IMG/VR virus record: IMGVR_UViG_2917849834_000002 | DNA length: 37,257 bases | Reading direction: 5' to 3' (one strand) | Source: a virus | Taxonomy: Duplodnaviria > Heunggongvirae > Uroviricota > Caudoviricetes | Part shown: positions 1 through 6,909 of the stretch, one piece after another | Layout of the letters: every line of letters starts with the position of its first letter | Numbering within the stretch: the first letter of the stretch is position 1 | Translations under genes and position numbers: made by a program | Notes under the pieces: generated by a model | Told to the model about the DNA's origin: nothing | The model's input: only the letters and a program-made list of their open reading frames with translations | Database searches by the model: none

Positions 1-993
1 TTAACTCAATAACCAGACCAACATCACGATGATGGCGGTCAGCAATATCCACAGGCTGGGGCGCATGGCCATTTCTTGCATCGTGTTAATGAATGGCGTA
101 AAGGGATTGAGTAACGGTTGAATATCTCGCGGTTCAATCCCATTCACCCGCCGTTGATAAAGCTGGTTGAGGATATCCTCGGCCTGTGCGGAAGTCAGGG
201 CTGATTGCTGAGAAAGGCCATATTTTTGCTCAACATAGCTCGATAATACTGTCAACTCGCTGGCATCCAGTGGCTGTTTTAGCGCCATCTGAAGCGACTC
301 CAGCGTCGGTGTATTTTGCTGACTTAACACCTGGCGTGCCTGCAACCAGGTAACCAGGTGGGTAAACATTTTTGCCGGGATCAACTCACCATTTTTTACC
401 CCAGAAAGTTCCAGCATAGATTGCCAAATCTGTTTGCTGGGTTCTCCTGTTGCCGCCGCGAGTTTAGTCACCAGTTGCTTAAGCGTATTGTGTTCTGCCG
501 GTAGCAAAGGGCGATCGGTCGCCTGGCGCTGTTGCGGCTGCGGGATAACCATCTTCCCTTCCTGTAACAGCGTCAGGACGGTTTTTAATTGCTCCGGTGA
601 GAGTTGATTCAGCGGCGTCTGACCAAAGTTATGACGAATGTAATCTGTGACCGCCTGACGATTATTCCCCAGCCGTAAATACTCGCTCAATTGCGCCAAA
701 AGCTGGCGGACAGAATGGCTTTCTTGCGCGGCCAGTAAACGTTGTGCAAGGTTTTGTTCTGCGGCGGGGAAATTGCGTGAAAGTAACGGTGAATCGCCGG
801 GCAGACCGATGTCGTGCTTTATACCAGCCCACAATTCCGCGCTCTGCTGTTGCGTCAGCGAAGTCACTTTGGTTATCAAACTTTCCAGCACTGTACGTTG
901 CAAGCTGGATAAAGGCTGATTGCCTGCGCCAGACGACAGTTTATCCCCCTGACCCGGTGGTTGCCCAGGAGGGGCGGAAATTGGTTGTATCAT
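1..993 (-). CDS. flk: C-terminally membrane-anchored Q/P-rich protein, probable flagellar regulator Flk; likely host gene outside the prophage
   Basis: 330-aa ORF with stop at 1..3; N-terminal MIQPISAPPGQPPGQG, Gln/Leu-rich, single hydrophobic C-terminal anchor (WILLTAIIVMLVWLL). Identity to Flk is from memory of the family, not a search. Confidence 0.45.
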   Translation of the reverse strand: MIQPISAPPGQPPGQGDKLSSGAGNQPLSSLQRTVLESLITKVTSLTQQQSAELWAGIKHDIGLPGDSPLLSRNFPAAEQNLAQRLLAAQESHSVRQLLAQLSEYLRLGNNRQAVTDYIRHNFGQTPLNQLSPEQLKTVLTLLQEGKMVIPQPQQRQATDRPLLPAEHNTLKQLVTKLAAATGEPSKQIWQSMLELSGVKNGELIPAKMFTHLVTWLQARQVLSQQNTPTLESLQMALKQPLDASELTVLSSYVEQKYGLSQQSALTSAQAEDILNQLYQRRVNGIEPRDIQPLLNPFTPFINTMQEMAMRPSLWILLTAIIVMLVWLLS

Positions 994-1161
994 TACGTAT
1001 CCTTATACCTGAAATCATCGCAAGTATGCCTGGCCGCGAGATTATGGCACACTTGTCCGGTTAACTCTCGTTCTCATACAGGTACCACAAACGTGAAAAT
1101 CCTTGTTGATGAAAAAAGTGATGATTTAATTTATTGATATAAAAGGATTTGTATCAGCGTA

Positions 1162-1179
1162 TGTCCACGCAGTGACCAC
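1162..1179. repeat. Left copy of boundary repeat TGTCCACGCAGTGACCAC; candidate Int arm-type sites or att core
   Basis: 17/18 identical to 37230..37247; reverse complement holds two GTGGNCA units spaced about 11 bp, resembling the P2 Int arm-site consensus as I recall it. Confidence 0.5.
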
Positions 1180-1197
1180 ATTTTCGAGAGGTAGAGC

Positions 1198-1219
1198 AAG
1201 CCCGCAACATTGCGGGCTT
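1198..1219 (+). terminator. GC-rich hairpin (9-bp stem AAGCCCGCA / TGCGGGCTT) followed by TGTCTTAT
   Basis: Perfect inverted repeat just downstream of the methylase stop; T-rich tail only on the plus strand. Confidence 0.4.
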
Positions 1220-1223
1220 TGTC

Positions 1224-2015
1224 TTATGGTTCGATCGCCGTTTTGAGCCGTTGTGTTGCTACATCAAAATAATGATCACTGGTTTCTATACCAATAAATT
1301 TGCGTCCTGCTTTCAGTGCAGCCACACCCGTTGTCCCTGACCCCATAAAAGGATCAAGGACTGTTCCGCCACTATTCACAGTCCTGACCAGTTCCGCCAT
1401 TAGTTCTTCTGGTTTTCCGGTCGGGTGCATTTTCTTTGACGGGATAACCGGGTACGTCATGCAGCCGTCGAACGGTCCCGAAGGTGATTTATCTAAATGG
1501 CCTTTGCTGCCCCAGACGATGTATTCGCACTGGTGCCGGAAATACCCGGTATGTGGTGTTCGTGACCCCCTCCCTTTGTTCCACGCAATGATGCCGCGCC
1601 ATGTAAAGCCACTGGCCTGAAACGCATCGGTTAAAGCTGGTAGTTGTCGCCAGTCAGTAAATACCAGGGCATAACCGCCCGGCCTGACTGCGCGGTGTGC
1701 CTGTGCCATCCATAATTGTGTCCAGTAAGCCCACGAACGGGCGTCCATGTTTTCACCCGCGAACCCATCAAAGCGGTGAAGGTTCTCGCCGTTCAGATAT
1801 TTTGCATGGCTGCCCTGGTTGGTGCGTCCGGCCTTGTGTGTCGCACCCGAACTGTAAGGCGGGTCAGTAATTAAGGCATCAATGCTTTCTGGCTCAATCA
1901 GCGGCAATATTTCCAGCGCATTTCCACGACAGAGCGTGGCATTGTCAGTCTGGTAAATCTTAGTGTGTTCCGGTGTATGTACTGGCTGGTGCTGGATTGC
2001 GATCCCCACGGTCAT
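1224..2015 (-). CDS. DNA methyltransferase (N6-adenine or N4-cytosine, beta class)
   Basis: 263 aa; DPPY catalytic motif (ITDPPYSSG) N-terminal to the AdoMet motif DPFMGSGTTGVAA; 5' end overlapped by the com-like ORF. Confidence 0.85.
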   Translation of the reverse strand: MTVGIAIQHQPVHTPEHTKIYQTDNATLCRGNALEILPLIEPESIDALITDPPYSSGATHKAGRTNQGSHAKYLNGENLHRFDGFAGENMDARSWAYWTQLWMAQAHRAVRPGGYALVFTDWRQLPALTDAFQASGFTWRGIIAWNKGRGSRTPHTGYFRHQCEYIVWGSKGHLDKSPSGPFDGCMTYPVIPSKKMHPTGKPEELMAELVRTVNSGGTVLDPFMGSGTTGVAALKAGRKFIGIETSDHYFDVATQRLKTAIEP

Positions 2016-2157
2016 AACTCCTCATGCGTGTGGGGTGCTCAATGGCTCTCGTTATCTGGTTAAGTGTTTTGCAGCGCGGACATTTTATTTCAATGTAGAG
2101 AAATGAGGCGCGGGCAAGTAGTTTGTTGCAATTTTTGCATCGTACATTTTGCGTCAT
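1960..2157 (-). CDS. com: Com-like zinc-finger translational regulator
   Basis: MTQNVRCKNCNKLL...IEIKCPRCK matches the Mu Com pattern (CxxC...CxxC); ATG at 2157 with SD GAGGTG 6 nt upstream; overlaps the methylase start as com overlaps mom in Mu. Confidence 0.75.
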   Translation of the reverse strand: MTQNVRCKNCNKLLARASFLYIEIKCPRCKTLNQITRAIEHPTRMRSYDRGDRNPAPASTYTGTH

Positions 2158-2284
2158 TTGCGGCACCTCTTGTGTGGTTACTGCTGCCGATATGATAGCA
2201 AATCGATCGTTTTTATCGATCGGATTTATTGCATCGATCTGTTATGCCTATTGCTTATGGGTGGTGCCCTCATTTGTGAGGACA

Positions 2285-2321
2285 CCAAAAAGAAAACCCG
2301 CAGTTTTTACGGTGCGGGTTT
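2285..2321 (-). terminator. Intrinsic terminator, probable 3' end of the hok-like mRNA
   Basis: 9-bp stem AAACCCGCA / TGCGGGTTT followed on the minus strand by UUUUCUUUUU. Confidence 0.5.
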
Positions 2322-2407
2322 GTTGTTCATGTCTGTCTGATAGGGTGCCTTATCGACCTTACCCTGGCAACCGATTGACGGGGGATTGCTCCCCCGTCGC
2401 GGTTTCC

Positions 2408-2548
2408 TTACTGCTTACACTGTAAGATCGCCGCAAACTCCGCTCCCCAGAAGCTCATCCGTATTTCACACAGCGAACCGTGTAGCATCCAGATGATGAG
2501 GATTGCCGTCACGCAGAACGTGATGGCTATAAGCGATTTTTGCGACAT
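2408..2548 (-). CDS. hok: Hok/Gef-family type I toxin (46 aa)
   Basis: Not in the ORF track (under 60 aa). Translation MSQKSLIAITFCVTAILIIWMLHGSLCEIRMSFWGAEFAAILQCKQ: one TM helix plus the conserved SLCEIR motif; SD AAGGAG 8 nt upstream. Confidence 0.7.
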   Translation of the reverse strand: MSQKSLIAITFCVTAILIIWMLHGSLCEIRMSFWGAEFAAILQCKQ

Positions 2549-2815
2549 AGCACTTGCTCCTTTTTTTGCAAAGGCGCTAAGCTCTTGCCCGCTTATTGAT
2601 TACGTTGTGAAACGCCCAGAGTTGAACATAAGGTTTAGTTGGGCCTTTTTACATCTGGCCTTCGTGTTTGCTGTCCAGCCATCAGTCGAAAGGTGTCCGC
2701 GTGAATTCTAGCCTGCTTTTTTTTCTTGCTTCAATACGTTGACTAATTTCAACACTCTGTTGTGCATATCCTGAACGCAGACATTATTCAGTCACGCATT
2801 TGATACATGCTTCCG

Positions 2816-2837
2816 CCGGCGTTCGCGCCGGTTTTTT
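2816..2837 (+). terminator. Intrinsic terminator with UUCG tetraloop; candidate 3' end of a Sok-like antisense RNA
   Basis: CCGGCG-TTCG-CGCCGG followed by TTTTTT on the plus strand, antisense to the expected hok mRNA leader. Confidence 0.45.
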
Positions 2838-3310
2838 GTCCTGTTGCTGCGTAGATCGTCATGTGCGATCGAGGCGCGGTATTGATCCTTTTTTCAGTTT
2901 AATTCTGGCTCTTGATTTTACGCAGGCCGCGCCGCGTCTGGCTTCTTTGTTTGATGGTTGTTTGATGCGATCCTTTAGTGATCGTTTTTCGTCTCGCGTA
3001 AAGCATGAAAACTCTTTTAATATCATGCTGTTTTATTGCTCCTGTCATTTGCGTGATCGTAAAAACCTCTCTGAAAACTGAAAAAAATTTCAAAGCGTGA
3101 AATTTCAGATCTTCGCTTTTCCCTCAGTTACTGCGCGGGCTGGCGGTCATTTTTGCACGGCAGAAAACTGAAAAAGTGTTTCGACACAAAACCCGCGGGT
3201 TGGAGGGGGTAGCGCGGTTTACGTCACCTCACGCTTTACGTCACACCGTTTACGCGGTATGTGCATACAGCGCCAGAATGGTATGCAGAACGCATTAATC
3301 AGGTGGTGGA

Positions 3311-3340
3311 TATGAAAACGCACGGTCGAAGCCGTGCGTT
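3311..3340 (-). terminator. Probable terminator of the late tail operon
   Basis: 9-bp stem AACGCACGG / CCGTGCGTT about 40 nt downstream of the last tail-operon stop, followed on the minus strand by UUUUCAU. Confidence 0.5.
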
Positions 3341-3378
3341 GTGTGGTGGGGCGTTTATGTGGCTTTTATGTCGGGTTA

Positions 3379-5076
3379 TCAGGCGATAAGGTCGCCGTAT
3401 TTTTCACGCAGACTCGTGGCCTGTTGGGCATCTGCGGCAAGTTCGCCGCTGTTCATCGGTGCGCCAGTGTTGCTGTGGGTGTGGTTTGCTGTATGTGTGG
3501 CCAGCAATTGAATCAGGTCCAGAATATCAGTCAGCAACGTCAGCAGGTTAAGCCCGGACTTTTCCCGCGAGCCGCTGCGACCAATAAACACTGTCGGGGC
3601 GGTAAACTCCAGACCGCCGTCCGCCCTGCATGTTCTGCGGCCTCCCACGTTTTCAGTCAGGTCGTGCTCAATCGTTGACGTTGCGCCTTTAAGTTTAGTC
3701 AGCAAATCCTGCGCCACCATCTGGATGTGTTCGCCGGCTGCGATCGCGTAATTGCCGGTAGTAAGGTGTTCTGTCTGGCCTGTCATCAGCTTGCTGGTAC
3801 CAAGAACACTGGTTATGTCGTTTGCCTGGACTGTTGTTGTTCTGGTTGTTGTTGTGCGTTCTTCCTGGTCGCTGTTAATGGTTCGCCTGGCAGAATGCTC
3901 CCTGATTTGCTGGTCGGTTTCCCTGTGCCAGCTTCCGTCAGTCGTGACACGCTGAAACACTTCTGCGCGCTGTTGCTGCAACTGTTCGCCGGGCTTTACA
4001 TCAGGCAGGTTATGTCCGGCAGGTAAGATTTGCCTGATGACAGGTTTATCCGGGCGGCCTTCAATACTGGATATTTCCACGATGGTGCCTGCCGGTGGGT
4101 AGGCAAAACATCCCGCCTCGCTACCAGCCATCGGGACAGGGAGCGGTACTGCCGGGTAAACAGGCGTATCGCTTTTGTCGTTGCCGTTCTCATCAAGCAG
4201 CTGCACGTCCACGGCGTAGCGTGGGCGGAAACTGTCGGCTACATCGCCCAGGGTGGCGGATTCCGTTGGTGCGACGACCCGCGCCAGTCTGGTGTGTAGT
4301 GTACCGCTGGCCAGTTCCGGAAACTGCGTTTCCATCTGTCTGCGCAATGGTGATTTGGAAACAGGGCTACCCGTGGCGGTGAGGCGCTCCCATGTCAGTG
4401 TCATTTTCTCGTTGTTGAGGGCTACACGGGTAATACGCCCGGCCGGAAGATTCACACCCGGCCGCACGGTTTCCATGAACATGATGTCGATGCTGTTTCC
4501 GCCGCTTTGCCCGAGTGTGTACTGTTGCGGAATATCGGGCATGGTAATGCTGGCAAACCGTGAATCAGCTGCGTTTCCCACAAATACAGAACCGTCCGGC
4601 ATGGGGTGCCAGACGTAATCGCTGATACTGAATGAGCGCCCCAGCTGGCTGAGTAACTGCGTCCCGCTGCCGCTGTGGGTGATGTAGGGAGTTGGTGTGC
4701 TGACATAATCCGCATCTGGCGTGATAAAAACGATACCGCTTTGTCGCCCCAGATTATCGAGCACATCCCGCAACGTCGGGTGTTGCATGGAGCAGGGGAA
4801 ATCAAAATCCAGCACAGCAGCTGCTTCACGGATAAAAAGGCGACGTGAGCCATTTTCGGCCGGTTGATCGCGTTCTATGTAGCCAGAGAAATAGCGCCAG
4901 GCCTCACCATTACGGCCGAGATCGATTTGCACCATTGCGCCGGCAAGGCTTTTTTCTGGTGACAGATTGTTAACAGAAACGAAGCCGCGACCGGCAGCAT
5001 TCAGGGTGAGAGCAAGGCTGATATCGGCAATTTCCACCTGTTCGCCATTGATCATGCAGCGTTGTATCAATTTCAT
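3379..5076 (-). CDS. Putative tail/baseplate hub protein (possibly gpD-like) with long C-terminal extension
   Basis: 565 aa, last gene of the late operon, ATGA-coupled to the upstream gene; N-terminal LALTLNAAGRGF and HPTLRDVLDNLG resemble gpD/Mu gp44 motifs from memory. Family assignment is weak. Confidence 0.35.
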   Translation of the reverse strand: MKLIQRCMINGEQVEIADISLALTLNAAGRGFVSVNNLSPEKSLAGAMVQIDLGRNGEAWRYFSGYIERDQPAENGSRRLFIREAAAVLDFDFPCSMQHPTLRDVLDNLGRQSGIVFITPDADYVSTPTPYITHSGSGTQLLSQLGRSFSISDYVWHPMPDGSVFVGNAADSRFASITMPDIPQQYTLGQSGGNSIDIMFMETVRPGVNLPAGRITRVALNNEKMTLTWERLTATGSPVSKSPLRRQMETQFPELASGTLHTRLARVVAPTESATLGDVADSFRPRYAVDVQLLDENGNDKSDTPVYPAVPLPVPMAGSEAGCFAYPPAGTIVEISSIEGRPDKPVIRQILPAGHNLPDVKPGEQLQQQRAEVFQRVTTDGSWHRETDQQIREHSARRTINSDQEERTTTTRTTTVQANDITSVLGTSKLMTGQTEHLTTGNYAIAAGEHIQMVAQDLLTKLKGATSTIEHDLTENVGGRRTCRADGGLEFTAPTVFIGRSGSREKSGLNLLTLLTDILDLIQLLATHTANHTHSNTGAPMNSGELAADAQQATSLREKYGDLIA

Positions 5077-5648
5077 GTTTTCCCTTCCTCTTTCGCGCTT
5101 CCGATGCCAACAGCATCCAGACCAGAGCCAACGGCATCATTGATTTTTTTCCAGAATGAACTTTGCGTATTCATGCCTTTGTCTGGCACCTGTTCGCTGC
5201 CGTTCTGTGTTTGCTGTTTTGCAATTGTTTTCTGTGAGCCGCTACGTGCAGATGCTTTCTCTGGTACGCTTAATTTTTCTCTGAGGGTAAAGGTGACCTG
5301 CCAGTGCATCTTGCCCTGTTGTTCCGTGGCATCGATGCCGCCGGAAAAAACACCCTGTCGCATATTAATCGCCTTAGCGGTAGCGTTGGCGATGCGGTAT
5401 GTTTTTTTGGCCCCGTTACCTTCAGTTGCTTCGGCAAGCTGAAAAATACGGGTCAGAATGGCCTCATCGTTAAAATCAATGACACCTGACACGCGCAGTT
5501 CTTTTGCCTTGTTTCCCTGCTGAGCGCTTGTGGTGCTGGTTGACTGCCCGGACATGTCTTTATCCGGTAGTTGCATGGTGGCACTGACGGTGATGTTGCG
5601 CAGCAGAATGGCCTCTCCGTCAAGCGCAAGAACAATTATCTGGGTCAT
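5073..5648 (-). CDS. Hypothetical late-operon protein, probably tail-associated
   Basis: 191 aa; SD AAGGGAAG upstream; stop overlaps the next start (ATGA). No recognisable motif. Confidence 0.3.
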   Translation of the reverse strand: MTQIIVLALDGEAILLRNITVSATMQLPDKDMSGQSTSTTSAQQGNKAKELRVSGVIDFNDEAILTRIFQLAEATEGNGAKKTYRIANATAKAINMRQGVFSGGIDATEQQGKMHWQVTFTLREKLSVPEKASARSGSQKTIAKQQTQNGSEQVPDKGMNTQSSFWKKINDAVGSGLDAVGIGSAKEEGKT

Positions 5649-6333
5649 GTAGTGCTTCCCTTAGTGATGAGAGTTCATCGCCGACAAACAGCATCACGGC
5701 GGTAAAAACCCACTCCGGGTGTGGAATGTTTTTTTGTATCAGTGCCGCAGTCTGATTAAGTGTTCCCTTGTTGCAAAAACGCCACACCGGACAGAATTGT
5801 TGTCTGAGTGCTGTCTCTCGCCCGGCAATTTCCTGCAAAATTTTATCTCTCGCTTCCCTGAACTGATGAAGTGACGATGACAATGTTTCCGGTGATGTGG
5901 CTGCTGGGGTGGCTGCCTGCGCAATGGTTGCCGCCAGTGTCATGCCACGGGTTGTCTGTGTTGACAGCGTTATCGGCTCCGGAAGTGATGTTGCCGGCCT
6001 GGCGGGGAGTTGCATTCTGCTGATGGCCAGCGAAAGCTGGCTGGAGATCATGCGGGACATTCGCCCCACCTCCGGCAACGGAAATGCACCTGAAAATTGC
6101 CTGGCGAGTGATAAAAATTCGTCAGCGGACGGGGCGCAGAGTAACAGCGCCACAACGTCCTTTTCTGTGCTTTCTGTCAGGTACGGTAAAAGTGCGGATA
6201 CCGCATTGTCCGGACTGAGATAACGCCCGGATGGTGTAATGTTTCCCGTATTTTCTGACCACGGATGAAGGCAGACCACTGAACAGCTGATGTTCATGGC
6301 TGCCGGGCGCAGAATGGCCTTTTCCCATTTCAT
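5620..6333 (-). CDS. Hypothetical late-operon protein, probably tail-associated
   Basis: 237 aa; start overlaps the stop of the upstream fibre chaperone (ATGA). No recognisable motif. Confidence 0.3.
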   Translation of the reverse strand: MKWEKAILRPAAMNISCSVVCLHPWSENTGNITPSGRYLSPDNAVSALLPYLTESTEKDVVALLLCAPSADEFLSLARQFSGAFPLPEVGRMSRMISSQLSLAISRMQLPARPATSLPEPITLSTQTTRGMTLAATIAQAATPAATSPETLSSSLHQFREARDKILQEIAGRETALRQQFCPVWRFCNKGTLNQTAALIQKNIPHPEWVFTAVMLFVGDELSSLREALHDPDNCSCA

Positions 6334-6902
6334 TCTGCCTTGCCCACCTGAAATGCGCGAATTTCTGCGAGATTATTCAGTTTAGTCAGTGTGTTTTTCA
6401 TCTCCCGCTGGCGCAGATAAATCTCATTGTTGCGGGTAACCTGTGCCTGAACCATTGCCGTCAGCAGTTCGTCCAGTTGCTGCACGGAGAGTTTCACCTG
6501 GCGGTTGTTCGCGTCGTTCCATGTCATAACGCTTCGTGCCGTGTCAGATTTTGCCAGCATCACCACCGGAGACAATCTGTCCACTGAAACAGGGCCGGCA
6601 TCCCAGATTCGCTTTTTCCATTCGAATGTGAACGACCGCGCTTCCTGTTCTGTGCGCCATGCTTCAATTTCCCGACGCTTGGCTGTTTTTGCTGCTTCCA
6701 GTATTTCCGGTGTCACAGTGAACGGAGCTATCTCCCCCCATTTACCGCTTTGCAGTTCCTGCCAGATTTTCTGGCCTGTTGGCGCCGTATCATCTGCCGT
6801 CGCTGTATACGGCAGTGCTTCGCCCATTCCCTCGAGCAGTACGTCACAGTCAATTGCACCACTTTCGATATAACGGGCGTTTTCGATTTTTTTTATTTTC
6901 AT
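6330..6902 (-). CDS. Tail fibre assembly chaperone (set 2)
   Basis: 190 aa immediately downstream of fibre 2; size and position typical of Tfa/gpG/Mu U chaperones. Confidence 0.55.
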   Translation of the reverse strand: MKIKKIENARYIESGAIDCDVLLEGMGEALPYTATADDTAPTGQKIWQELQSGKWGEIAPFTVTPEILEAAKTAKRREIEAWRTEQEARSFTFEWKKRIWDAGPVSVDRLSPVVMLAKSDTARSVMTWNDANNRQVKLSVQQLDELLTAMVQAQVTRNNEIYLRQREMKNTLTKLNNLAEIRAFQVGKAE

Positions 6903-6909
6903 AAATCAC

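Noticed and set aside
744-1064. 106-aa plus-strand ORF overlapping the Flk-like gene start
   Set aside because: Antisense to the 5' end of the better-supported 330-aa gene; no start context.
2493-2711. 72-aa plus-strand ORF
   Set aside because: Lies antisense to the Hok-like toxin gene and its leader; more likely part of the antisense-RNA region than a protein gene.
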